A stretch of DNA of 63,569 nucleotides, counting the filler, from Octopus bimaculoides (Eukaryota): the NCBI RefSeq assembly GCF_001194135.2. It is 6 parts of 6 records of this genome, joined end to end, with 100 filler letters (N's around TTAATTAATTAA, not from the genome) between each part and the next. Parts side by side here need not be neighbours in the genome. Positions count along the whole stretch, not along the records: positions 13,309 to 42,753 come from NC_068984.1; positions 42,854 to 47,287 come from NW_026389830.1; positions 47,388 to 52,966 come from NC_068985.1; positions 53,067 to 61,896 come from NC_069005.1; 2 more parts are not named here. One strand, 5' to 3'. Positions 41,124 to 53,243 of this stretch are shown here, one piece after another. Both the position numbers and the translations under genes were made by a program. The stretch's first letter is position 1, and the number at the start of each line of letters is the position of its first letter. The notes under the pieces are model-generated. The model saw only the letters and a list, made by a program, of their open reading frames with translations, ran no database searches and was not told the origin of the DNA.

Positions 41124-41878
41124 TATGTCTGCCTGTCTGACCATCTACCTATTTGACCCATTCCCTGCTTGTCCGTCTGTCTACCTGTCCGTCTTCTGAC
41201 TGTCCGAATTCTGTCCATCTGTCTAAATGGCTGTTTGTCTATCAGCTTATCAGTCGGTCCGTCTGTCTGCCTGTCTGTGTCTATCAATCTGTCGGTCTCT
41301 GTTTCTATCCGGTTGTTTGTGGACTAAAACGACCCAATAAAAAAAAAAATTAAAAAATGATTTCTCACATTGTACCAAGGTCACATATTTGCAGTGTGGA
41401 GATAAATTAGTATTGAATCAACTCTCAATATGGTATCAGTGATATATATTATTCAAGCTCGTGATGTATGAAAAGATGTAATGTGATACATTAATATTTG
41501 AACTAAATACTGCATATTGTTTGGCGTAGTAGGCATGGCTGTGGTTAAGAAGTTCGCTTTGAAACCGGCATGTTTCCATGTTCCTTACCCTTCTGACAAA
41601 AACCTCAATTCAGCCCAAACTTTGTGAATTAATAAAAAATAAATGATAATCCAGAGGTGGGGTGGGGGACGACAAAGTAACATACCGAAAACAGGAAAAT
41701 ACACGCAATGGATGCAGTTATCGACCAAATGTCAACACAGTTTCGACGGCTACGATAATATTGTTCAATTTGGCGGTGAGCAACATAAGCTGCTAGAGCA
41801 GTAGTTCCCAGCATGGGGTCCACAGAATCCTGGTGGTCCGCAAAGGTTGTATTGGGGGGTACGTGAACTAAATTCAAA

Positions 41879-41940
<62 letters not shown>

Positions 41941-41943
<3 letters not shown>

Positions 41944-42470
41944 GAGAATTTACGAAAAAAAACAACAGACGAAGACAGGTGGTCTAAACAACAAATGGAT
42001 GTATTAGTTTAATGCTCGGGAATAGAGAAAGTCTTTGACGTTTCGAGCCTACGCTCTTCAACTGAAAGGTACACAGAAAGAAATAAGGAGAGAAACAAGG
42101 AGAAAAAAGTATAAATGTAGTGGTCAGCGATCTATCATGGCGAATGATATATATATATATGCATATATGGATACAGGACGTCACCAACTGTGCAAACAAT
42201 ATGAAATACATAAACAAACGTGTTAAATACGCAAACAACGAGAGAAATAAATGGAAAACTTGATAAAGAAACACATAGAAATGAACCTTCATTAGTTGTC
42301 GGCTGTCTATCTACTCATTTCGAGCATTCAACGACAATATGGGTCTTCAAAGACAGTTGCTCCCATAAATTCTAAAATAAAACATAGGATTTATGGCGGG
42401 TCAAAGTTGGGAACAAGAACAGGACAGTGGAGACATACAAGGAAACCGAACGATATATATATATGTACGC
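41941..42470 (-). mobile_element. Penelope-like element terminal fragments
   Basis: Contains TGAAGAGCGTAGGCTCGAAACGTC on the minus strand and a second module related to 12780-12890 and 59300-59470. Embedded in (TA)n. Confidence 0.6.
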
Positions 42471-42717
42471 ATACATAAACGGAAACTGCTGCAGTGAAGC
42501 TTGTTGAATAGACTATCCTAGTATTTCAAAAAGTTAACTTTGTCACATACACTGTCGTCTCTTAGCGTATCTTACCTTTCACTTGTTTCTGTCACTGGAC
42601 TGCAAAGACGCTGGACCACTGCCTTGAAGGATTTAGCCGAAAAAATTCGATCCCAATAATTAACTTTTGATATACACACAGACATACTATGTGCGTATAT
42701 ATTTGTGTATATATGTA

Positions 42718-42753
<36 letters not shown>

Positions 42754-42870
42754 NNNNNNNNNNNNNNNNNNNNNNNNNNNNNNNNNNNNNNNNNNNNTTA
42801 ATTAATTAANNNNNNNNNNNNNNNNNNNNNNNNNNNNNNNNNNNNNNNNNNNNACTGGAAAAAGCCTATC

Positions 42871-42922
<52 letters not shown>

Positions 42923-43049
42923 GTATGAGTATCTTTGTATTTGTCCCTCACCACCGCTTGACAACCGGTGTTGGTCTGTTTACGCCCGTGTAACCTAATG
43001 GTTCGGCATAAATACTAGGCTTTAAAAGAAACTAAATATGGGGTCGGTT

Positions 43050-43700
43050 TTTGTTTTCGACAATGAATAACAGCGTAATAGTCGATGCCCTTAAGTAACG
43101 ACAGTGAAATAATTTTCGAATCTATGTAATGAAACCTGAATCACAGACGAGACTGCTGTTTTCTTAACGACATATTAAACGAGTCATTGGAGAGAAGTTG
43201 ATAAAGTCTCAAGAAATATTTGGTGATGTTCCTGTTATGTGATAGCCAATATGGGAAAAACTGCTTCTAAACACAGCTTCTACAATATCACACCTCACCT
43301 ACATACTAATACAGCTTTTTTAACTGAGGTCGGTCGCTGGAATTGGGTGTGGCATTCAATATTGTCGATCATGAAGTCGTATATCACAGGCCACGTGATC
43401 TCGATACGATAAGAGAACGAGGTAGAATGGTGGTATGATGTTTCAAACGGTTTGACGTAAATGCTTGTGGCCAATAAGTTTTCCTTTCTGCGAAGTCAAA
43501 AACACGCCGTAAAATGCACCAGGGAATTGTTTTTTGAACCATAACTATTTGTAATAGTTCTTGCAGTTCTCTTCAGGAAATCAAAACTGCCATTCTAACG
43601 AGCAAAACCGATAACAAGTAAATATCCTGTCAAACAAATTCTCCGAATGGCAATAAAACAGAGCAATTTGTTATTGATGGTGTTAACACGAAACTTTTCA
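43050..43700 (+). mobile_element. CR1/L2-like LINE RT relic
   Basis: AFNIVDHEVVY (cf. KAFDxVDHxxL), then a Trp-containing segment and a degenerate region where the GVPQG motif is expected. Confidence 0.55.
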
Positions 43701-45329
43701 AAACAAAATGAAATCTAAACCGTTCAAATGTCGATTAAAATTTGAAGTTGCAAAAATATAATCTCAAAATTAAAATTCATTTGAAATAAATAAATTCTTA
43801 GTAGGAACTTTTTTTCCTCATAAACCAACGTAGCATATAGTGTAAACATGTTGTGTAAACATTCAAATATCACCATTATATTTCCAAATCTTGTTACATT
43901 TCACATGGAATTTTTTGTCCTCTAATGTCATCTTGGCGCATAAGCAGAGCCACATGTTTTGGCTGTAAACTTTGGTCTGAAAAATTCGACATATATGCTA
44001 GAAAATATGGTACACATTCTTCCTGATGTATATTCTTACGAGCACATGTACATGTACGCTCTCTCAAGCCTTCATCATCATCGTCATCATTTAACGTCTG
44101 CCTTCCATGCTGGCATTGGTGGGACGGCAGAAGCCTGCACCAGACTTCTGTAATTGTTTTGGCAGGATTTTTACAGCTGGATACCCTTCCTAACACCAAC
44201 CACCCAACAGAGTGGACTTAGTGTTTTTTACGTGGCACANNNNNNNNNNNNNNNNNNNNNNNNNNNNNNNNNNNNNNNNNNNNNNNNNNNNNNNNNNNNN
44301 NNNNNNNNNNNNNNNNNNNNNNNNNNNNNNNNNNNNNNNNNNNNNNNNNNNNNNNNNNNNNNNNNNNNNNNNNNNNNNNNNNNNNNNNNNNNNNNNNNNN
44401 NNNNNNNNNNNNNNNNNNNNNNNNNNNNNNNNNNNNNNNNNNNNNNNNNNNNNNNNNNNNNNNNNNNNNNNNNNNNNNNNNNNNNNNNNNNNNNNNNNNN
44501 NNNNNNNNNNNNNNNNNNNNNNNNNNNNNNNNNNNNNNNNNNNNNNNNNNNNNNNNNNNNNNNNNNNNNNNNNNNNNNNNNNNNNNNNNNNNNNNNNNNN
44601 NNNNNNNNNNNNNNNNNNNNNNNNNNNNNNNNNNNNNNNNNNNNNNNNNNNNNNNNNNNNNNNNNNNNNNNNNNNNNNNNNNNNNNNNNNNNNNNNNNNN
44701 NNNNNNNNNNNNNNNNNNNNNNNNNNNNNNNNNNNNNNNNNNNNNNNNNNNNNNNNNNNNNNNNNNNNNNNNNNNNNNNNNNNNNNNNNNNNNNNNNNNN
44801 NNNNNNNNNNNNNNNNNNNNNNNNNNNNNNTATATATATATGGCAGCAAGTGCCAGGGCATACCCTTGAGATTCGAAGGTCATAATATAAGTGGCAGGAT
44901 ATTGCCAAAGAATCGTGATTAGAGAGTGCGAAGCGGAAGTGAGTGGTGAAAACCTGGATATGTATAGAGCGAAGGATGGGTTACCGGATAGCAATGATAC
45001 AGAGAAACAGAGCCGTGAGGACAGGATTGTGGAGTGAGAGGTAGGGATAGTGCATGAAAGAAGAAATGTGAGGAAGACAAGAGATGTAGAGACGTCGTTT
45101 GGTTTGTGGAACACACAGGTCGGGGGGATAGCGGATAGCAATAATACAGTGAGACGGGACCAAGAGAACAGGACTGGGAAGTGGGTGGTAAGCACTGCAT
45201 GAAGTGGAAATGTGAAGAAGAGAAGAGATATAGAGATGTAGTTTGGCTTGTTGTGGTAGGGTGTGTAAGAAGCTTTCTTGTTAAGTATGGGTGGGACACA
45301 CAGCACTTCTAGAACTCAGGAAGCGGGCA

Positions 45330-45710
45330 GGTCTTCTCAAGAACTTCAGATCGCCAGACATCTCGGTCCATTGTCTCGGTCCTCCGTGAGGCCCAACATC
45401 CTGAGATCGGTCCTTACCACTTCATCCCACGTCTTCTTGGGTCTCCCTCTTCCGCGGGTACCATTTGCTTTCAGTGAAGGGCAATTCTTTATGCAGCTGT
45501 CCTCGTTCATACGCATCACACGTCCAAACCAACGTAGTATTCTTTCTTGCATGCTACATTTGATTCCTCTTATGCACACTTCTCTCTCAACGCATTTGCA
45601 CTTTGTACATGCGCACTGATGTTGCACATCCAACGGAGCATACTACCTTCTCATTTCTCTCCAATCTACGCTTATCTTCTTTCATTCAGAGCCCATGTCT
45701 CACTACCATG
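45330..45710 (-). mobile_element. RTE LINE ORF2 C-terminal fragment
   Basis: ERILRWFGRVMRMNEDSCIK..NGTRGRGRPKKTWDEVVRTDLRMLGL is the typical RTE C-terminus (RLRWFGHVxRM..GxRxRGRPxKxW). Confidence 0.9.
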
Positions 45711-45847
45711 GAGTATATATATGTGGGTGGGGTGTTCGTGTGTATTTGTGCGTGCATGTGCATGTGGATGTGTGTATGTAAACACACACATACACACATT
45801 GACAGACACACACTCAGACTGTTAGACAAACAGACAGATAAACAGAA

Positions 45848-45855
45848 CATTAGAC

Positions 45856-45926
<71 letters not shown>

Positions 45927-46264
45927 CAAACAAACAGCCAGAGGAAATATTTGGTATTAAACGTAGACATTATAATATTACATCTGGGAGAGACATAAAC
46001 GAAAAATCTAGTGTGGAGAAGAGGAGAAAACGTTGACACGATGAGCCAGGCTGAGAAGATAATACTATAATGGCGACAGATTAAATTGTGACATTACGAC
46101 TTTAGATGTTTCGATGTGTTTTAAATGTAGTGTAGCAGGAAACTAGATATATTGTATGGAACAGACGTGGAAACATGTAATTCTTGTAATTTACGTCTGG
46201 TTATACTGTTGCGTAAGATTCAAATTAAATCTATTTGATGTAATAGACAGACAGACATACATAC

Positions 46265-46320
<56 letters not shown>

Positions 46321-46591
46321 CAAAGACTTACANNNNNNNNNNNNNNNNNNNNNNNNNNNNNNNNNNNNNNNNNNNNNNNNNNNNNNNNNNNNNNNNNNNN
46401 NNNNNNNNNNNNNNNNNNNNNNNNNNNNNNNNNNNNNNNNNNNNNNNNNNNNNNNNNNNNNNNNNNNNNNNNNNNNNNNNNNNNNNNNNNNNNNNNNNNN
46501 NNNNNNNNNNNNNNNNNNNNNNNNNNNNNNNNNNNNNNNNNNNNNNNNNNNNNNNNNNNNNNNNNNNNNNNNNNNNNNNNNNNCATTAGAC

Positions 46592-46662
<71 letters not shown>

Positions 46663-47000
46663 CAAACAAACAGCCAGAGGAAATATTTGGTATTAAACGT
46701 AGACATTATAATATTACATCTGGGAGAGACATAAACGAAAAATCTAGTGTGGAGAAGAGGAGAAAACGTTGACACGATGAGCCAGGCTGAGAAGATAATA
46801 CTATAATGGCGACAGATTAAATTGTGACATTACGACTTTAGATGTTTCGATGTGTTTTAAATGTAGTGTAGCAGGAAACTAGATATATTGTATGGAACAG
46901 ACGTGGAAACATGTAATTCTTGTAATTTACGTCTGGTTATACTGTTGCGTAAGATTCAAATTAAATCTATTTGATGTAATAGACAGACAGACATACATAC

Positions 47001-47056
<56 letters not shown>

Positions 47057-47063
47057 CAAAGAC

Positions 47064-47068
<5 letters not shown>
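45848..47068. other. Exact duplication of about 485 bp on either side of a gap (probable assembly artefact)
   Basis: 45848-46332 and 46584-47068 appear identical base for base and are separated only by Ns. Confidence 0.85.
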
Positions 47069-47097
<29 letters not shown>

Positions 47098-47100
<3 letters not shown>

Positions 47101-47268
47101 GGCGCATGCGTGGCTGCGTTGCAGGAAGCTTGCTCCCTAACCATATGCTTCCAGGTTCAATCCCACTGCATAGTATTTGGGTAAATGTCTTCTACTATAG
47201 CCTCAAACCAACCAAAGACTTGTGAGTGGATTTGGTAGACGGAAACTGGAAGAAGCCTGTCGTACATA
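47098..47268 (+). mobile_element. SINE family B 5' half
   Basis: ATAGGCGCATGCGTGGCTG..GGTTCAATCCCACTGC..GGATTTGGTAGACGGAAACTG. Confidence 0.8.
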
Positions 47269-47287
47269 TACGAGGTGTAGTCAAAAT
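47269..47287. mobile_element. Mariner-type terminus running into a gap
   Basis: TACGAGGTGTAGTCAAAAT resembles the terminus at 6440-6457 (reverse complement TACGAGGTGGTATCAAAA). It sits at a TA inside a SINE microsatellite. Confidence 0.5.
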
Positions 47288-49327
47288 NNNNNNNNNNNNN
47301 NNNNNNNNNNNNNNNNNNNNNNNNNNNNNNNTTAATTAATTAANNNNNNNNNNNNNNNNNNNNNNNNNNNNNNNNNNNNNNNNNNNNGTGTCAAATTTAT
47401 GTTTTACAGAGACATGTTTAATTGAGATATCTCTCCCTAGGATAGAAACTTGAGAAATAAGACATTTGAACTCAAAATTTGTCGAAACAATTATTGATTG
47501 AATCAATTCAAAACCTAAAAATTTTGATTTTATATTCAATGCCACTGAAGCATTATCTGACTTTGAATTTGAAAAGACTAATGTAGTTCACAATGAAGAT
47601 GTCTCAAAGCTAATGATGTACCCAACCTAACTCATTTATTATCCTTAACTGAAGGTACCTCACTGAATTTTCAAATTAGAGAAGCTAAGTTTTCAATAAA
47701 ACTTCTGATTACATCTCCTCTCTAGAAATCATGATTCTCAGCAAAATGTTGGTTAAAAAACTGAAAATATGAGTTAACCTGAAAATACAAAAAATTACTG
47801 AGCAATGCAAACATATTAAACCAAAACATATTGTAAGCAGAAAAGAATGTCATCACAAATTGTCTAATGACAGCAGCATCATAATCATTTCTGCTGTCAA
47901 AGGAAATGCAACTTCAATAATGTCAGAGAAAAATACACACTAATCACATCTTTAGGCAGTTGAATAGTGACTTTACTTTGACTCATTAAAGAGAAATGAT
48001 TATATTGCCAAAATTAAATACAGAATAACTTATTACACACATATATAATCTACAAACATACATTTACTCAATATTCTGTCAGGATCAGTTGCCGGCTGTA
48101 GATACTCAGCATATTCTTTTATGAGTTGTTACCCAGCAAAAATTATTTCCCTTCTTACTGATTGAACTGTCCCATTTTTTATGGGTGCTGTACATTTCAA
48201 TGGACAGGGATGTAGCCAGCCCACTTACACATAACATTCCTTCATCGGACACTAAACTCCGCTTGCGAAGACATGGTGAGGCAGGTGAAATGGAAATCAA
48301 ACTAAATTTGTAGGAACACTAAACTCGGCTTGCGAAGACCTGTTGGGGCAAGTGAAAGCGAAATTGTGGAGCACTAAGAGAACCGTCCGAGCGCAATCAT
48401 TGCCAGAGCAGCTGTCTGGCTTCTGTGCCGGTGGCATGTAAATAGCACAAGCGTGATCGTTACCAATGTCGCCTTCTTGGCACGTGAAAAGACATTCAAG
48501 TGAGATCGTTGCCAGNNNNNNNNNNNNNNNNNNNNNNNNNNNNNNNNNNNNNNNNNNNNNNNNNNNNNNNNNNNNNNNNNNNNNNNNNNNNNNNNNNNNN
48601 NNNNNNNNNNNNNNNNNNNNNNNNNNNNNNNNNNNNNNNNNNNNNNNNNNNNNNNNNNNNNNNNNNNNNNNNNNNNNNNNNNNNNNNNNNNNNNNNNNNN
48701 NNNNNNNNNNNNNNNNNNNNNNNNNNNNNNNNNNNNNNNNNNNNNNNNNNNNNNNNNNNNNNNNNNNNNNNNNNNNNNNNNNNNNNNNNNNNNNNNNNNN
48801 NNNNNNNNNNNNNNNNNNNNNNNNNNNNNNNNNNNNNNNNNNNNNNNNNNNNNNNNNNNNNNNNNNNNNNNNNNNNCTGGAACATATTGATCTAGTTTTC
48901 AAGTTATCAACTTTAATGTGATTTGCTGGTTCACAATAGTTTTTTTTTTGTGTGTGTGTGTGTGTGAAGCACTACTGTCAGAAACAAACTAGATCAATAT
49001 TTTGAATAGTTATTGCAAAATATGTCGCTAGTTAATATAACTAATAAAAATACCTACACAAGATTAGTGAACTTCCAAATAAAATGTGAGATATACTTAG
49101 CTGTAGTAAACATTTATATTGCCAGTAATTAAGCAATTTGAATATATATATTTCTGAAAATGTAGCAATAAAGTGTGCATTTTGGCTCAGTTATGTTTTT
49201 GGGGCAACTCCAGTTTCTGAATGGCCAGGGAGACGTATTTACAGTAAAAAAATGAACATCATCCATTGGACTCTGCCGCAGTTTTGAGTCTCACTACTCT
49301 TATAGTGAGAAGAAAAAATATTTACAG

Positions 49328-49780
49328 TACACTCTGTTAAAGTGTTGGCAAATGAGCAGAGAAAGCATGGAGTCAAGAGGTTCCTTCAGTTCTATCTTGC
49401 TGAGGACATAACTTCCTCTCTAATGCTGGTGCCACAATAAAATGCACCCAATACACTCTGTAAAGTAGCTAGTAAATGAACAGAGAAAGCATAGAGTCAA
49501 GAGGTTTATTTAGTCTTGTCTAGCCAAGGATATGACAACTTCTCTAGTGCTGGTACTACACTAAAATACATTTTGTACACTCTGTGTACAGGTTGATCAT
49601 AGGAAGCACATCTATCTATTGAAGCATAACCAAAACCTAGCCAAATGTGGCATAGTTTTCCAACTTGTCTATGAAAACAGTGGTCTCAATAAGGTCCCAT
49701 GTGTGACTACCCTTCCTTGCCAGCATGGAGAGTAGATATGGAGAAGGAAAAGGAGGTGTTGATGGTGATTTAAAACATCA
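49328..49780 (+). repeat. 124-bp tandem repeat (2+ units) leading into an RTE-like tail
   Basis: TACACTCTG begins at 49328, 49452 and 49576; the units share GAGAAAGCAT(G/A)GAGTCAAGAGGTT. Confidence 0.7.
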
Positions 49781-51124
49781 AGAAAATGTGTCTATCCTAT
49801 TGAAGAATTTTTTCAAATATAAGCAGTCATTTGGAGACCATATTTTTCTGCAATAAATAACCTGTATTCTTCTATATGTATGCAATGAAATCCTCAATCA
49901 CTGGTAGTTCCACTTTACAACAAACAGTTGCCTAGAAAGTTATTAAGATTCTGTATTAGTTATACAATCAAATCAATACAACAAATTTCAAAGATGTCAC
50001 ATTCAGACTTCAAGTTTTGATAAATCAAAGAGTTATGTTTATAATGCATTTATCAAATTTTTCAATGTGGAAATGAAAAAACCCTAAATATCATTACAGA
50101 AGAGATTTAGAAACTTTGATTAGGGATGACAAGATAAAGGCACAATGTCTGATGCACAATTGAAAATCACAAGCATCTATGGATAAGGATATCAAAAGTA
50201 AAGCTTACATTCAAATCTAACCAAAAGATATACAACTGTTTATTTGGTTTTAAACTCATAACTTTGGGTAGAGGGCTCCAATTAATAATGATAGAAAGAC
50301 AAAAAAGCAAAGCTAACTGTTTAAATTGTTTAAAATTCATCTCAGTACTACATACATATTTACTTCAATAATTTATTTTATTCAATTTATTTATATTTTG
50401 TTCTCAGAATTAAAAACTACATCAACTTCAACAACATAAAAACTTAATATCTGAATCTTTTGAACCAGTATTTTCAGTTACTTTGGTTTCATTTGTCTGG
50501 CATCATACCATTCCCTTCCTATCATACTATTACCATAAGAGGATACATTTAAACACTACATTGATATTGTGATGAAGAACAGAATTATCCTTTTCTCCCC
50601 ATGATCTACTGAAGAACACTTCTAATACCTCTTATTGACAGACATTTTTTGCATGTTATGTGAAGAAATTTCATTGTTAAATGATTTTATCTTCTTATAT
50701 CTGTATGGTTTGACAATTTTTCTGAATTTTATTAGTAGAAATTTCATGAATTGTTTGTTTACTCTACAACTCAGTAACTTCCTGGTGAATACATTTATTT
50801 CTCAATGGACAATCTACCCATCTAAATACAAGTACTACATGGAAGTGCATCTCACTGTTGCAAACCCCTGTAAATCTTGAAAACCTTATAAAGATTTCAT
50901 TAGCCACAGAGCCAAGTGCAAATTGTCCCAAGATTGTGGTGGTTTAGATTGCTTACTGTATTTTGCTTTGATATCCTGTATGAGAAAAATGTTCAATGGA
51001 CAATCACAGAATCTGAATTTCTGAATTTGAAATGTGTGTGGAACTGAAATTTTGTAATTTTTATCCTATTTTCTAAATTGAAACTGTTTTCTGATTTTTT
51101 TTTTTTTTTTTTTTTTTTTTGAAG

Positions 51125-51376
51125 ATGCTCCTCGAGTAAACTTACATATTTCAAATGAGACAAATAATATAATAATTAATTGCACTGCATTTGATGGAAA
51201 CCCAAATATTTATGAATACAAACTGAAGCAAAAATGGAGAAATGCCACTAAGAATACTTATAATATGAATGTATTATCTATAAATAATCCTTCTTTCAAT
51301 AATACTGGTACATGGGTGTGTCATGTAAGCAATGAAGATTTTCATGTGAATAAATCATCAAACTACAAAATTCCAG
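51125..51376 (+). CDS. Internal exon encoding one immunoglobulin-like (C2/I-type) domain of an Ig-superfamily protein
   Basis: Long poly-T tract + AG acceptor (ends 51124), then 252 nt open in phase 1-1: xAPRVNLHISNETNNIIINCTAFDGNPNIYEYKLKQKWRNATKNTYNMNVLSINNPSFNNTGTWVCHVSNEDFHVNKSSNYKIP. Two Cys 45 residues apart, an L-x-I strand and a GxWxC variant of the Ig DxGxYxC motif, five N-glycosylation sequons. Donor CAG|GCAAGT (GC-AG type). Confidence 0.85.
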
Positions 51377-51554
51377 GCAAGTATTTTACAAAGCCACAAT
51401 TTATCTTTAAAACATATTTACAATTCAATTTTTATTTTTAGAATGGTAAAATTGTTCAGTTATTTATTTAATTTTATCCCACTAGATGATTGTTGGACTT
51501 AGTTTCTTTTTATGTGTATCAATAAAATTGATAATTTTTATTTATAATTTTCAG

Positions 51555-51565
51555 GAATTGTTTGA
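51555..51565 (+). CDS. Probable short terminal coding exon (...KIP-G-I-V-stop) of the Ig gene
   Basis: Acceptor TTTATAATTTTCAG 178 nt after the Ig exon; phase 1 gives G|GA ATT GTT TGA. With the mariner removed, AATAAA (52826-52831) lies about 28 nt after the stop. Confidence 0.45.
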
Positions 51566-51588
51566 GATGTAAATACTTAGGAATTGTA

Positions 51589-52818
51589 TTGGGTTGACAA
51601 CTAAGTTCCCACCATTTTTTTGTTAAATTAAAATTTTTTTTAAAAGGTTTAATAAATAATAACAACTAATTAATCAATAATGTATTCACCCTTGTCGTTT
51701 ACAACTTCTTCCCAACGTTCAACAAGATTTTCAATACCTCATTGGTAGAAATCACCCAATTTCGACTCGAAAAATTGATCCAAGCTCTCAATTCTGCATC
51801 AGTATTGAATGAAACTCCACGCATAGCATTTGAAAGAGATCGAAAGAGGTGGAAATCCATTTGTGCCAAATTAGGAGAGTATGGCAGGTGTAGCAGCACT
51901 TCTCAGCCATGCGTTTGAATGGCTTCCTTGGTCATATTGGCGATATGAGGGTGGGCGTTGTCATGCAGCAGAACTTCATGCTACCGAATCGGTCTTTTCT
52001 CTTGAATAGCCATGTTGAGTTGTTCCATCTGTTGAACATATAGTTCTGCATTGACCATTTGGTTCCGTTCCAGCAATTTGTAATGGATAATTCTTTCCCA
52101 GTCCCACCATACGCACAACATACAGATAAAGATCTTGTTTCACGTGCAGTGTCGCTTGTTTACCAGGGCTAAGTCATTCCTTACACTGTTTCATATTGAT
52201 GTACAGGCACCATTTTTCATCATCAGTAATGATTCGGTAAAGAAATCGCTGCTTGTGTCCATGAGTTGAGCTGTGACGAGCAAGCAACCAGCGGAGATTG
52301 TGGCTCGTTGATTTTTGTTGTTGTCACTTAAAGCATGTGGAACCCATGCTCCATCAAGTGAAGATGCTTCTCTATAGCAGTGTGGGAGCATTCCATTTTC
52401 TCTGCCAGTTCCCTTGTCATTTGACAAGAATTTTTGTGCAAAAGTTAGTTTAATCACTCTTCATCAAACTCAACTGGATGGCCAGAATGAGGTGCATCTT
52501 TGAGGTTAAAATTTCCATTTTTGTACTTGGCATACCAATCATGAGCAGCTCTTTCAGCTATGGCACCCTCTCCATACACAGCACAAATGTCATAAGCAGC
52601 TTTTGTGGCCTTAGAGCCTTGATTAAAAGCAAAAAGAAGGAGGTATCAAAAATGCTCATTTTCCTTAACTTGACATTACATTTTAATGATCTGAAAATAA
52701 ACAAAAATTAACTAGAAAAAAAAACAAAATAGATTCCAAAATGATTCAAAAATAGAATTCTCGAAAAAAATAGATTCAAAAATTTAGAAAAACAGTGGGA
52801 ACTTAGTTGCCAACCCAA
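51589..52818 (-). mobile_element. Full-length defective mariner (DD34D) transposon
   Basis: TIRs TTGGGTTG(A/G)CAACTAAGTTCCCAC at both ends, TA target duplication (51587-88 and 52819-20), about 1.23 kb. Translation gives WVPHAL, IITDDEKW, HDNAHPH and PYSPNLAQMD, with 34 residues between the last two Asp. Several stops and frameshifts. Confidence 0.95.
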
Positions 52819-53186
52819 TAGTTTTAATAAAGTGATTGTCATCAAAATTTCCACAAAAGAACTGAACGCTGTTTTTCACATTAATTGGAAGCATATGAAT
52901 TAAATTATAGACCGAGAGCATCAAATATTTGTTGTTATTTCAAATTATAAAGAGATATATATATATNNNNNNNNNNNNNNNNNNNNNNNNNNNNNNNNNN
53001 NNNNNNNNNNTTAATTAATTAANNNNNNNNNNNNNNNNNNNNNNNNNNNNNNNNNNNNNNNNNNNNGACATCAGTGCGAGTCCCGAATTCGTCACAGTGG
53101 GGCGTGAGAGGCGTGAAGCAGAGGCCCCTACCAAGGAGCATATATATATATATAGTTCTATTTTCCTGTTTGCATCACTAAACCTG

Positions 53187-53243
<57 letters not shown>

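Noticed and set aside
50408-50880. Strong acceptor upstream of the Ig exon and the 81-aa ORF at 50635
   Set aside because: All three phases stop within about 13 codons of the acceptor, and the ORF lacks Ig cysteine spacing and splice signals.
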